Of a stretch of DNA of 64,000 bases, positions 22,291 through 32,295 are shown piece by piece. Both the position numbers and the translations under genes were made by a program. The stretch is taken from positions 512,001-576,000 of the forward strand of contig OZ253449.1 in the NCBI GenBank assembly GCA_965261345.1, given 5' to 3'. The number at the start of each line of letters is the position of its first letter. Position 1 is the first letter of the stretch. The DNA comes from Chloroflexota bacterium (GTDB lineage Bacteria > Chloroflexota > UBA11872 > VXNJ01). The notes under the pieces are model-generated. The model made no database searches. It had not been told where the DNA came from and saw nothing but the letters and a program-made list of their open reading frames with translations.

Positions 22291-24828
22291 ATGGCAACAA
22301 CCAGCACTGCGATGCGGTCGGTGAGCATCGGCTCGGTGGAGGGGCCGGGTGATCGCCAATCGCTAACCATTCAGGTCCCCGAATACGGCCGGCAACACCT
22401 GGAGGATGTGGCATTCCTGACCTCGATGCTGTTGGTGCTGCTTGGGAATTACTCTCAGACCGGTCACCTTGGGGGGCCGCTCGCCTACACCCCGTACAAC
22501 GTGGCCATACATCTGCTCGGTCCCAAGCTGGGCGCACTGGCCTACGACCTGCGACGACCCAAGCACCCGAACGCTGACAATTTCATGCTGGCCGGCGGGC
22601 ATTGCGTTCCCACCTGCTATGCGCTTTGGATCATCCTCTGCGAATCGCTCGAACGCCAGCGAAAGGTTTCCGGAAACGAAGCTTACGCTACCGATCCCAA
22701 GCAGAACATGCTCGCCGTCGACGCGATCGGATTTCGCCGCGGGTCCGGCGCGCTGAGCACGATCCTGGACGAAAACGACCTCGCCGACCATCCGCTCTTT
22801 GCCCAGGCCGCCGGGCGCGGTATCCGGGCCCTGGCCGGACATGCCGAAACCACTGACATGACCAACGACGTCAATGGCGGTCCATCCGGTGTCGGCTTTT
22901 CGACCGCGGCCGGAAAAGCCATGTTCTGGGACTTTGCGGGGTCCCCACCCGAGCGCAAATCGATTGTTTTCGAGGGTGAGATGGCGTTGACCGAGGGCCA
23001 TGCGCAGGAGATCAAGACGATCGCCCTGGCGCAGAAGGTCGGCAAACGTCTGCGGGTCCTAAATTCGTTTAACAACGCCGGAATCGACGGTTCGCTGCTC
23101 GACGGTGTAATCGATTCCCGCTATTCCGGTTACAGCCTGCCCGATCAGTGGGCCGCCTACGGCTGGAACGTATTTACCCTCGACGACGGGAACCGGTTTG
23201 ACCAGGTAGTCGCCGCCCTCAAGGCGATGGAGGACTGGGATTTCGCCGACCGCCGGCCGATGATTACCGTCGGACGCACCCTCAAGGGCTGGTGGCCGGG
23301 GGCGGTTAACGGGCAAATCAACGGTCATGCCCAAATCACCGATGCGGCCTCGCATCCCTATACCCTGGCAATGAACGGCCCCTACTTCATCGCCCTGGCG
23401 GAGTCTTTTGAGCGGCGCTTTGGGGTGGAATTTTCCGGCATCCGTAACGGGGTTCCGCAATCGGAACGCGACCGCTTGATTGAATTTAAGACCAATGTCG
23501 ATATTGCCCTCTCGGCCCTGGACGGAGGGCTTGGGGCCTGGATTGCCGACCGCCTGGTGGCAATCGGAAACGACCTGCCCGAAGTGATGCCCTCGCGACT
23601 TCGGTTGGACGTCGATCCGTTCCGTGACGAGCGGCTGGCTCCGCAGAACCTGCCGCGCGACCCGGTCACGATCGGTTCGGGCAACGCCCAGACGCAGATC
23701 AGCCTATTTAAGGAAGCCGGACAAAAGGCCGGCACCCGGCGGGCGATTTCCGAAATCGGCAAATGGCTCAACTATGTAACCGACAACCGCTTCATCACCA
23801 TCGCCGCCGACCTGGCAGATTCGATCAACGTCGAGAAGGCACACTTTACCGGCCTCTATGATCCTGAAAGCAACCCCGGTGGAACTCGCCTCAAAGCGGC
23901 GATCGAGGAAGCCGGCAACGCCGGCACCATTGCCGGACTGGTCTCACAGACCCTCTCGCCGGATCCGGAACGCCACGCCGGAGTCTGGGGACTAACGGGC
24001 ACCTACGGCGCGTTTACCCCGTTGATGTACACGCCGGTGCGTGTGTTTTCCCAGCAAAATCAGGACTCGCCGTTTGCCAATGGCGTCCTGACCGTACTGG
24101 CCGGGCATTCGGGCCCCGAAACCGCGGCCGACGCGCGCACCCACTTTGGAATTTTTGCACCGCAGGTTTGGACCATGTTCCCGCGCGGCCAGGTGATCAA
24201 TCTCTATTTCTGGGACTACAACGACGTTGCGCCTGGGTACTTTGCCGCTGTCTCCCACGCCGCCCGCTGCAAACACGCCGGGGTAATCGTCATCCATGTG
24301 GCCCGGCCCGACTTTAACGTCGCCGATCGGTCGAAGTTTGCCGACACTGACATTCTGGCGGCCGCACGCGGAGCCTACGTCATCCGCGATTTCGACCGCA
24401 CCCTGGACCCCCAGGGCACGGTGTACGTGCAAGGGTCGTCATCGACTAACAACCTGGTTTCGATCATTCCGCAACTGGACGCGGAAAAGATCAACGTCCG
24501 GGTTGTGGCGGTAATTTCTGAGGACCTCCTGCGACTTCAAGACGAGATCTACCAGCGCAAGATCCTCTCCGACGCCGATCGCTTCGACTCGATGTTCGTT
24601 ACCACTATGACCAAGCGGGTCGCGCCGTTGGCCAATCTGGGGCCGTTTGCCGAGCAGTATTCGCTTAGCTCGGACTTTGACGACCGCTGGCGCACTGGTG
24701 GGTCGGAAGCTGACGTCATTTCCGAGTCGCGCCTTGATCCCGTTTCGATCCTCGACGGCATCCGCCGCTTTGCGGCCGCGCACGATGCCCGCCTGAATCG
24801 GGCTCGCCGGGCGCTCGGCGCGGTCTAA
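22291..24828 (+). CDS. Divergent long transketolase-like ThDP enzyme
   Basis: TGHLGG, GH, GH.E, GPSGVG, NN..IDG, T.KG, ADLADS, IEE, TYGAF, HSG...DARTH: the transketolase motif order. Confidence 0.8.
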   Translation: MATTSTAMRSVSIGSVEGPGDRQSLTIQVPEYGRQHLEDVAFLTSMLLVLLGNYSQTGHLGGPLAYTPYNVAIHLLGPKLGALAYDLRRPKHPNADNFMLAGGHCVPTCYALWIILCESLERQRKVSGNEAYATDPKQNMLAVDAIGFRRGSGALSTILDENDLADHPLFAQAAGRGIRALAGHAETTDMTNDVNGGPSGVGFSTAAGKAMFWDFAGSPPERKSIVFEGEMALTEGHAQEIKTIALAQKVGKRLRVLNSFNNAGIDGSLLDGVIDSRYSGYSLPDQWAAYGWNVFTLDDGNRFDQVVAALKAMEDWDFADRRPMITVGRTLKGWWPGAVNGQINGHAQITDAASHPYTLAMNGPYFIALAESFERRFGVEFSGIRNGVPQSERDRLIEFKTNVDIALSALDGGLGAWIADRLVAIGNDLPEVMPSRLRLDVDPFRDERLAPQNLPRDPVTIGSGNAQTQISLFKEAGQKAGTRRAISEIGKWLNYVTDNRFITIAADLADSINVEKAHFTGLYDPESNPGGTRLKAAIEEAGNAGTIAGLVSQTLSPDPERHAGVWGLTGTYGAFTPLMYTPVRVFSQQNQDSPFANGVLTVLAGHSGPETAADARTHFGIFAPQVWTMFPRGQVINLYFWDYNDVAPGYFAAVSHAARCKHAGVIVIHVARPDFNVADRSKFADTDILAAARGAYVIRDFDRTLDPQGTVYVQGSSSTNNLVSIIPQLDAEKINVRVVAVISEDLLRLQDEIYQRKILSDADRFDSMFVTTMTKRVAPLANLGPFAEQYSLSSDFDDRWRTGGSEADVISESRLDPVSILDGIRRFAAAHDARLNRARRALGAV

Positions 24829-24862
24829 TCGGGGCCGGCCGACGCCGGAATAGAGGCAACCA

Positions 24863-25474
24863 TTGCTGGCACTAGTCGACTACGGGTCCGGCAACATCGG
24901 AAGCGTCCGGAGGGCGCTTGAATTCGTCGAGGCCGATTACCAGTTAACCGATGACCCGGCCACCGTCGCCGGTGCCGATGGGGTGATCCTACCCGGTGTG
25001 GGAGCAGCCTTGGATACGATGAACGGTTTGCGGTCGCGCGGCCTCTCGGGTCCGATCGGGGATCACGTCCGGGCGGGCAAACCGTTCCTAGGGGTCTGCA
25101 TGGGATTGCATGTCCTGCTGGCGCGGTCGGAAGAAAATGACAACACCGAGTGCCTGGGCCTGTACGGCGGCACCGTTCGACGGTTCCCGCCGGGGCCACA
25201 TGTCCCGCACATGGGCTGGAACCAGGTCCATCAGGTCGCCGCCTGCCCGATATTTGAAGGGATACCCAGCGGGACCAATTTTTATTTCGTGCACTCCTAC
25301 TACGCCGATGCGGCCGATTCCAGTTACTGCGCCGGGGTGACCGAATACGGAGTAAATTTCTTGAGCGTGCTGGGCGAGGGACTGGTCTTTGCCACCCAGT
25401 TTCACCCGGAAAAAAGCGGGCCATGGGGACTTGCGATTTATCGAAATTTCGTCGCCCTCTGCCCGGCCACCTAG
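24863..25474 (+). CDS. hisH: Imidazole glycerol phosphate synthase glutaminase subunit
   Basis: DYGSGN, LPGVGA, GVCMG, PHMGWN, YFVHSY, QFHPEKS. Confidence 0.96.
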   Translation: MLALVDYGSGNIGSVRRALEFVEADYQLTDDPATVAGADGVILPGVGAALDTMNGLRSRGLSGPIGDHVRAGKPFLGVCMGLHVLLARSEENDNTECLGLYGGTVRRFPPGPHVPHMGWNQVHQVAACPIFEGIPSGTNFYFVHSYYADAADSSYCAGVTEYGVNFLSVLGEGLVFATQFHPEKSGPWGLAIYRNFVALCPAT

Positions 25475-25490
25475 AGAACGTTGTCTGGCC

Positions 25491-26207
25491 GTGTTGACGA
25501 TCTATCCGGCAGTTGACATCTACGCCGGGCGGGCGGTTCGCTTGCACCAGGGTGATTTTGCCCGCGCCGACGTTTTCCACCCGGACCCGGTACAGCCGGC
25601 CCGACGATGGCTTGAACAGGGCGCCGGTTGGCTGCATGTCGTCGATTTGGACGGGGCCCGCACCGGGCATCCAGTCAATACCCGGGCAATCGCCAATATC
25701 GCCAAATTGCCGATCAAACTGCAATTGGGCGGGGGCCTGCGGACGATGCCCGATATCGAGGCGGCCCTTTCCTGCGGGGTCGACCGCGTGATACTGGGTA
25801 CGGCCGCGGTCAAGGACGCCAAGCTGCTCGCAGATTGCTGCGCCAGGTTCGCCAACCAGGTAGTAATCGGCATCGATGCCCGCGGTGGGGTGATGGCCAC
25901 CGAGGCCTGGCAACAGTCGGCCGGGCCCGCGGCGCTGGAATTTGCCAAGCGCTGCCAGGACCTTGGGGCAACCGCCATCGTCTACACCGATATCGAGCGT
26001 GACGGGATGTTGGCAGGGATCAACGGCGCCGCGCTGGCGGCGATGTGCAACTCGGTTGATACGCCGGTCATTGCCTCCGGTGGAGTTGCCTCGCTCGATG
26101 ACATCGCCCTGGCCCGGGCATCCGGGGCAGCGGGAGTGATCATTGGCCGGGCACTCTATGACGGCCGCATCCAATTGGCCGACGCGCTGGCCCTCGCAAC
26201 CCAGTAG
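25491..26207 (+). CDS. hisA: ProFAR isomerase
   Basis: IYPAVDI..G.AVRL.QG, LHVVDLDGA, GGGLR, TDIERDGML; GTG 25491. Confidence 0.95.
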   Translation: MLTIYPAVDIYAGRAVRLHQGDFARADVFHPDPVQPARRWLEQGAGWLHVVDLDGARTGHPVNTRAIANIAKLPIKLQLGGGLRTMPDIEAALSCGVDRVILGTAAVKDAKLLADCCARFANQVVIGIDARGGVMATEAWQQSAGPAALEFAKRCQDLGATAIVYTDIERDGMLAGINGAALAAMCNSVDTPVIASGGVASLDDIALARASGAAGVIIGRALYDGRIQLADALALATQ

Positions 26208-26216
26208 CCGCTCGCG

Positions 26217-26990
26217 ATGCTCACCCGCCGGATCATTCCCTGCCTGGACGTCAAAAACGGGCGCAACGTGCGTGGCGTGCGTTTTTCAGCTGATCGCGAC
26301 GCTGGCGACCCGGTGGAGCTGGCCGCCTACTACAACCGGACCGGGGCCGACGAACTGGTCTTCTACGACATCTCGGCATCAGCCGAAGGTCGCGCGATTA
26401 CCCTGAACATGATGCGAGCGGTGGCCGAACAGGTGTTTATCCCGCTCACCGTCGGCGGAGGGATCCGCAACACCCAGGACATGTACGAAATGCTGCGGAA
26501 CGGGGCCGACAAAGTCTCGATAAACACCGCCGCGGTGGCCGACCCCGGAATGATCCGTCTGGGTGCTGACCGCTTCGGCAGCCAGTGCATCGTGCTCTCG
26601 ATTGATTCGAAGGCCCGGCCTGACCGGCGCGGCTGGGAGGTGTGGACCCACGGCGGACGCACCAATACCGGCCTGGACGCGCTAGCCTGGGCCGAGCGCG
26701 GGGTCGAGTTGGGGGCCGGTGAAATCGTTCTAAATAGCATTGACGCCGACGGTACCCGCGACGGCTACGACAACGCCCAGCTGGCGGCCCTGACCAGCCG
26801 GGTGCCGGTGCCGGTTGTCGCCTCCGGCGGGGCGGGATCGCTTGAACACCTCTACGAAGCCCTATCCGTCGGCGGGGCCCATGCAGTACTGGCGGCCTCA
26901 ATCTTCCACTACCGGGACTTTACGATCGGTCAGGCCAAACAGTACCTGGCCGGGCGTGGAGTCGCGATGCGCCATGACCATGGAGCCTAG
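26217..26990 (+). CDS. hisF: Imidazole glycerol phosphate synthase cyclase subunit
   Basis: RRIIPCLDV, ADEL.F.DI, GAGEI.LNSIDADGT, ASGGAG, LAASIFH. Confidence 0.97.
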   Translation: MLTRRIIPCLDVKNGRNVRGVRFSADRDAGDPVELAAYYNRTGADELVFYDISASAEGRAITLNMMRAVAEQVFIPLTVGGGIRNTQDMYEMLRNGADKVSINTAAVADPGMIRLGADRFGSQCIVLSIDSKARPDRRGWEVWTHGGRTNTGLDALAWAERGVELGAGEIVLNSIDADGTRDGYDNAQLAALTSRVPVPVVASGGAGSLEHLYEALSVGGAHAVLAASIFHYRDFTIGQAKQYLAGRGVAMRHDHGA

Positions 26991-27332
26991 ATGACGGCAA
27001 GGCTGAACCCCGGCAACCTGACCTGGGGCACCGCCGGGTTGATTCCGGCGATAGTCCAGCACGCCGACTCCGGGGCGGTGCTGATGCTCGGTTACATGAA
27101 TCGCGAGGCCCTCGATCTGACCCTTGACACCGGCCAAGTCTGTTTCTGGTCGCGAACACGCGGACGGCTCTGGCGCAAGGGCGAAACCTCGGGCAATACC
27201 CTGACGCTGCAGTCGATACACGTAAATTGCGAGGAAAATAGCCTGTTGGTTCAGGCTCGTCCGCATGGCCCGACCTGCCACACCGGCAACCCAACTTGTT
27301 TCTACCGTGAACTGGCAGGACCTTCCCGATGA
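26991..27332 (+). CDS. hisI: Phosphoribosyl-AMP cyclohydrolase
   Basis: [44 protein letters not shown]. Confidence 0.95.
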   Translation: MTARLNPGNLTWGTAGLIPAIVQHADSGAVLMLGYMNREALDLTLDTGQVCFWSRTRGRLWRKGETSGNTLTLQSIHVNCEENSLLVQARPHGPTCHTGNPTCFYRELAGPSR

Positions 27333-27625
27333 ACGATGCCCCGACCGTCGCGGTAATCGAAGAGGTGGCCGCGATCATCGCCCAGCGGCGACGGGACATG
27401 CCCGCCGACTCCTATGTTGCCGAGTGTTTTCGCCGCGGTTGGCCCTATATTGCCCGGAAGCTGATCGAGGAGGCGACCGAAGCGGCGATCGCCGCCCGCG
27501 AGGAATCAGACCAGCGGCTGGCCAGCGAGATCTCCGACCTGTTTTTCTTCGCCCTACTTACGCTGGCCCAGCGCGGGGTTGATGTCAACCTTGTCTGGCG
27601 GGAATTGGCAGAACGCCGCCGCTAA
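27329..27625 (+). CDS. hisE: Phosphoribosyl-ATP pyrophosphatase
   Basis: SY...., [12 protein letters not shown]; ATGA overlap with hisI. Confidence 0.9.
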   Translation: MNDAPTVAVIEEVAAIIAQRRRDMPADSYVAECFRRGWPYIARKLIEEATEAAIAAREESDQRLASEISDLFFFALLTLAQRGVDVNLVWRELAERRR

Positions 27626-27645
27626 ACGGGAATTGCCCCGAAACC

Positions 27646-28467
27646 TTACAAAGCCGCCAGGATCGCGTCGAGCGCCGTTTTGGCCTGCACAAAGGCCCCG
27701 GGACTGGTACGGCCGCGGTGGCGGGCGGCCAGGTCCAGGTGGGGTTCTAGCGCCAGATTCCAGATCTGCTTGCGCTCGGCCGCGGCGGAGAGGATTTTGG
27801 GCCAATTGCACCGGCCTGCGCCGGCAGGGACCATTTGCCGGTCGTCCCCCAGGTCCTTAACGTGGAAGGCACTGATCTGGCCCCAGAGCTGCGGGCAGGC
27901 GTCCAACCAGGGGTCGATTCCAACAACTGCGAAATTGCACGGATCGCACACGTAGGCCAGATTGTCAGCACCGGTTTGTTCCAGCGCCATCAGAATCTGC
28001 GCCGGTGTTTCACCAAAAACGGCACGCTCGTTTTCGAGCAGCAGCGTGATGCCCGGGGCCTCACTGGCGGCCTGGGCACATAGGGTCCGCAACCGGGCTA
28101 CGCAGGCCCCGTGCTCATCGGCACGTTCGGTTTGAAATCCAAAAATCCGCACGTAGGAGGCGCCGAACCGATCGGCGGCGGCCAGGCAATTTCCCAGTTG
28201 CCACTGCGAGCCCGCCATGTCCCCTTCGACCGGTGACTTGCCGATCGGCGAGGCCACGCTTTGACAGGCGATTCCGGCGGCGGCCAATTGCCCTGCCAGG
28301 CGATCGCGCTCGGCGGCGGTCGAGTCAGCGATCGAACACCGCAGTCCGACGCGATCGAAATGGCGAACGTCGATGAGTTCAAGATCAAGACTTGCGAAAA
28401 ATTCCAGCTGCTTGGCAAAATCATCAAATGCCTCATCGGCAAAGCCGGATATCCGCCAGGCGGTCAC
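27646..28467 (-). CDS. Sugar phosphate isomerase/epimerase (TIM barrel)
   Basis: ISGFADE, SPIGK, VRIF, LLLENE, DP.NF, HVKD, LEPHL. Confidence 0.87.
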   Translation of the reverse strand: MTAWRISGFADEAFDDFAKQLEFFASLDLELIDVRHFDRVGLRCSIADSTAAERDRLAGQLAAAGIACQSVASPIGKSPVEGDMAGSQWQLGNCLAAADRFGASYVRIFGFQTERADEHGACVARLRTLCAQAASEAPGITLLLENERAVFGETPAQILMALEQTGADNLAYVCDPCNFAVVGIDPWLDACPQLWGQISAFHVKDLGDDRQMVPAGAGRCNWPKILSAAAERKQIWNLALEPHLDLAARHRGRTSPGAFVQAKTALDAILAAL

Positions 28468-30263
28468 CTCTCCAAAACCGTGGTGAATGCGGCCTGCGGA
28501 ATTTCGACCTGGCCCACCATTTTCATGCGCTTCTTGCCCTCGGCTTGTTTCTTTAGCAATTTGCGCTTTCGGGTCACGTCACCGCCGTAGCATTTGGCCA
28601 GTACGTCTTTGCGCAGCGCCGGAATCGTCTCGCGGGCGATGACCCGTCCCCCGATCGCCGCCTGCAGGGCCACCTGAAACAATTGCCGCGGAATTACCGT
28701 CCGCAGACGGGCCAGGACTGCCAGCGCGTCGGCACGAGCGCGGCCACGATGGCAAATCGACGAGAGCGCATCGACCCGCGAACCATTAACCAGGATGTCT
28801 ACGACCTGGACATTGACCGGCCGGTAATCGCTCACATGGTAGTCGAGCGAGGCATACCCGCGGGTTGAGGATTTGAGCCGGTCGTAGAAGTCAACAAGAA
28901 TCTCGCCCAGCGGCGCCTGTCCACCCAGCAGTACGCGCCGCGTATCGAGCGATTCGACCTTGCTGGTCGAACCGCGGGCCAGGCGCACCAGTTCCATCAA
29001 CGGGCCGAGGTAGTCGGCGGGGGTCACGATCGAGAGGTTGACCCAGGGCTCGAGCACCCGAGCGATTTCATTGCCCGGCGGCATGGCCGCCGGGCCGTCG
29101 ACCAGCACGGTCCGCCCGTCGTGTCGCTCCACCCTGTACTCGACGCCGGGATTGGTCACGATCAAGGTCAGGTCGTTGTCGCGTTCAAGCCGCTCGCGCA
29201 CGATGCTCAGATGCAATAGGCCCAGGAAACCAACCCGGAAACCAAATCCGAGGGCCGCCGACTCCTCCGGAACGTAGGTAAGCGCCGAATCGTTTAAGCG
29301 CAAAAGTTCAAGGGCACGGCGCAACTGCGGAAATTGCCCGGGGTCCTGCGGGTAGATTCCGGCAAAAACCATCGGTTTGGCGGGAGCGTACCCGGGAAGG
29401 GGCTCCGAAAGCTGGTCAGTTTGGGCCAGCAGGGTGTCGCCAACGACGAATTCGAATCCATCCTTGAGTCCGGTCGCCGCGTAGCCAACCTGTCCGGCCC
29501 GCAGCGTGTCAACCTTTTTCATCTGTGGCGCGAACACGCCGACCTCTACTACCTCGAAGCGCTTTCCGCTGCCCGGCAGGCGGATCCGGTCGCCGGCGCT
29601 AACCGCCCCATCGACCACCCGGATATGGGTTACCACCCCGCGGTGGCGGTCGTAGGTCGAATCGAATATGAGCGCTCGCAATGGGCCGTCGAATTTCCCG
29701 TCCGGAGCCGGTATCGTCGCGATCAACGAGGCCAGCAGCTCTGGTACCCCGGTTCCGTTTTTGGCCGATACCGCCGCGATCTGGCCGGGTTCGACCCCCA
29801 TCAATTCGACAATTTCGGCTTTCGCCTGGTCCAGTTGGGCCGCGGGCATGTCTATCTTGTTTACAACTGGAATGATCTCCAGCCCAAGCTCGAGCGCCTG
29901 ATAGAGATTGGCAATCGTCTGGGCTTCGATGCCCTGAGTGGCGTCAACCAGCAGTAGCGCCCCTTCGCAGGCGGCCATGGCCCGCGAGACCTCGTACGAA
30001 AAGTCAACGTGCCCCGGAGTGTCGATCAGATTGAGCAGGTATTCGGGACCACCGTCTCGCGGGAGCCGCATGCTCACCGGAGTTGCCTTGATGGTTATCC
30101 CGTGCTCGCGCTCCAGATCAAGGGAATCGAGCACCTGGCTGCGCATATGGCGCTCATCGACCTGACCAGTAAGTTCGAGCATGCGATCGGCCAGGGTCGA
30201 CTTTCCATGGTCGATATGGGCAATGATGCAGAAATTGCGAATATGAGCAAGCGGGCCGGGCAT
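28464..30263 (-). CDS. lepA: Elongation factor 4
   Basis: IRNFCIIAHIDHGKSTLADR, DTPGHVDF, NKID, GFLGLLH, RKDVLAKCYGGD.TRK.KLL. Confidence 0.97.
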   Translation of the reverse strand: MPGPLAHIRNFCIIAHIDHGKSTLADRMLELTGQVDERHMRSQVLDSLDLEREHGITIKATPVSMRLPRDGGPEYLLNLIDTPGHVDFSYEVSRAMAACEGALLLVDATQGIEAQTIANLYQALELGLEIIPVVNKIDMPAAQLDQAKAEIVELMGVEPGQIAAVSAKNGTGVPELLASLIATIPAPDGKFDGPLRALIFDSTYDRHRGVVTHIRVVDGAVSAGDRIRLPGSGKRFEVVEVGVFAPQMKKVDTLRAGQVGYAATGLKDGFEFVVGDTLLAQTDQLSEPLPGYAPAKPMVFAGIYPQDPGQFPQLRRALELLRLNDSALTYVPEESAALGFGFRVGFLGLLHLSIVRERLERDNDLTLIVTNPGVEYRVERHDGRTVLVDGPAAMPPGNEIARVLEPWVNLSIVTPADYLGPLMELVRLARGSTSKVESLDTRRVLLGGQAPLGEILVDFYDRLKSSTRGYASLDYHVSDYRPVNVQVVDILVNGSRVDALSSICHRGRARADALAVLARLRTVIPRQLFQVALQAAIGGRVIARETIPALRKDVLAKCYGGDVTRKRKLLKKQAEGKKRMKMVGQVEIPQAAFTTVLER

Positions 30264-30306
30264 GCGGAGATCTTGTGTTTACCGGTCTTTTGGGGTGGAA
30301 GCGATT

Positions 30307-31899
30307 TTAGGAAGGGCGCCGCCGGCCGGCCCACGGAATGTGGCCCAAACGCGAGCTTAGTACCGCCAACAGGATCCGGGGCTGTTCCAAGCCCAGGGCC
30401 AAGGTTATTCCCAGGTAAGCCAAGCCCGACATCGAAAGGATTGCGATTATTCCGACTCCTTCCAGGCCGGCCCCAAGATGCAGCGATGAGAGCACCTCCA
30501 CCGCCAGCCAAGCGCCGGCGGCCACCAGCAGGCTGGCGACGGCAATGACCCACAGGCCGCGGTCGGGTCGAATCGCGAGTCCCAGGCGCCGCAGCCAGAC
30601 GTATAGCACGATCACCTCGACCAGCACCCCGATCGAGACCCCCAGGGCGATGCCGGCCACCGCAAATGGGCCGGCCAGCGCCCAGGACAAGAGCATGTGC
30701 AGAAAAAGGCTGGCGGAGATGATCAGGACCGGCCGCCGGGTGTCCTGCCGAGCGTAATAGATTCGCGTTAACACCTCGGCCAGGCTGTGGCCTACCAGTC
30801 CGACCGCCAACGCTGACAGGACCACTCCAGTGGCCGCACTGGCGGACGCGTCGAAGGCACCGCGCTCAAACAGTACTGCCACCAGTGGTTCGCCCAACAA
30901 AATCATCATCAGGCTGGCCGGCACGGTCGCGAAAAGGATGTAGGTCAAGGCCGCCGAGGCGGTCGCCGCGAGGGCAGCCGTATCGCCGCGGGCATGCTGG
31001 TCGGAAAACCTCGGTAGGACCGCCTCGGCGTAGGGAATCGCCAGCACGCCGAGCGGAAACAGAAGCAGCAGCCAGGCATTGCCAAAGGCCGCCACGCCCG
31101 ATGGTCCCTGCAAGGAAGCTAAATAGTTGACGAAGAAGAAGCTCAGCTGGATAACCGCGAACCCGCCTAGCCGCGGCAGCATAAGTTCAACCACCCGCCG
31201 CCCCGGGCCGCTCAGCGCGATCATTGGTCGCCAGGCCAAGCCGCCCTTACGCAGGCCCGGCACCTGCACGATCACATGCAACAAGGCTCCGGCGATCGTT
31301 CCCCAGGCCAAGCCGATGATCCCCAGCGGTTCGGCCAGCAACAGCGCCCCGGCGATTACCCCCAGGTTGTAGAGCACCGGACCCACCGCCGGCAGCAAAA
31401 AATCGTTCTCGGCGTGCAATGCACCTTTAAATACCGCCGAAATGCCCAGCAGCAGCGGGGAAATCATCAGATAGCGAGTGGCCTCGACCGCCAACTCCCG
31501 GGTGGCCGGATCAAAACCGGGAACCAGGGCCCGCATCAGCGTCGGAGCAAAGACCGCCGCCAGCAAAGCGGTCACCGCAACGATCAACCCCAGCAGGTTC
31601 AGGACCCCTGAGAACAGCCGCTGACGCTCAGCCCGGGTACCGGTCCCGCGCAGCTGAACGTATACGGGAATGAACGCCGAAATCAGGGCCCCGCCGGCGA
31701 ACAGGGTAAAAAGCGTATCGGGGATGCGGAACGCGGCAAACCAGGCGTCGGCCTCCGGCCCAACCCCGAATTGGGCGTTGATTGCACCCTGCCGGACGAA
31801 TCCCAGCAGTCGGCTGGCCAGAAACATCGCACTGAGCAGAAATGCAACCCGGGCGACCGACCGACCCAGGCGGCGGCCGGCGAGCGATTGGTCGATCAC
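30307..31899 (-). CDS. murJ: Lipid II flippase MurJ/MviN family
   Basis: SRLLGFVR, DA..AAFRIPD, GAL..AFIP, LFERGAF, R.YYA.QDTRRP. Confidence 0.9.
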   Translation of the reverse strand: MIDQSLAGRRLGRSVARVAFLLSAMFLASRLLGFVRQGAINAQFGVGPEADAWFAAFRIPDTLFTLFAGGALISAFIPVYVQLRGTGTRAERQRLFSGVLNLLGLIVAVTALLAAVFAPTLMRALVPGFDPATRELAVEATRYLMISPLLLGISAVFKGALHAENDFLLPAVGPVLYNLGVIAGALLLAEPLGIIGLAWGTIAGALLHVIVQVPGLRKGGLAWRPMIALSGPGRRVVELMLPRLGGFAVIQLSFFFVNYLASLQGPSGVAAFGNAWLLLLFPLGVLAIPYAEAVLPRFSDQHARGDTAALAATASAALTYILFATVPASLMMILLGEPLVAVLFERGAFDASASAATGVVLSALAVGLVGHSLAEVLTRIYYARQDTRRPVLIISASLFLHMLLSWALAGPFAVAGIALGVSIGVLVEVIVLYVWLRRLGLAIRPDRGLWVIAVASLLVAAGAWLAVEVLSSLHLGAGLEGVGIIAILSMSGLAYLGITLALGLEQPRILLAVLSSRLGHIPWAGRRRPS

Positions 31900-32291
31900 T
31901 CGGCCCGTTCGATGCGGATCAGATCACCGCCCGCGATCCGATCCAAATCCGGCATCGGGATTATTCGCAGTCGGCCCAGCGGAACCACCTTGCTGGCGGC
32001 CCTGATTTCTTCTGGATTGCGGCTGGCCGGCGTGGGTCCCCAGAAGACGCAAAACGCCGATCCCGGCGGCCAATATGCAAGTTCCCCGGAGAAGACAATC
32101 TCGCGGTCGAATTTCGACGGGGCGATCGCCAGTGGTAGGCTCGCGTAGATCTCTTTCCCCCAACGATTGATAGACCCTTCCAGGGGGAGCGCGGCAAATA
32201 GCTCGTTGGCGGCCGGCGAATCGTTTAGTTCGGCGTTGAGCGAAAGATCGCCCAGGGTCAATTTAATAATTCGCCCCGGTGCGGGAACCAC
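31896..32291 (-). CDS. Cyclophilin-like fold protein (DUF369/TM1367-like)
   Basis: AELNDSP.A..L..ALPL....NRWG.EIY, GELAYWPPG.AFCVFWGPTPAS; GTG start just after the argB stop. Confidence 0.8.
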   Translation of the reverse strand: MVPAPGRIIKLTLGDLSLNAELNDSPAANELFAALPLEGSINRWGKEIYASLPLAIAPSKFDREIVFSGELAYWPPGSAFCVFWGPTPASRNPEEIRAASKVVPLGRLRIIPMPDLDRIAGGDLIRIERAE

Positions 32292-32295
32292 CGCG

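Noticed and set aside
24825-26174. 449-aa minus-strand ORF
   Set aside because: Antisense shadow of hisH/hisA, with no recognisable motifs; typical of high-GC DNA.
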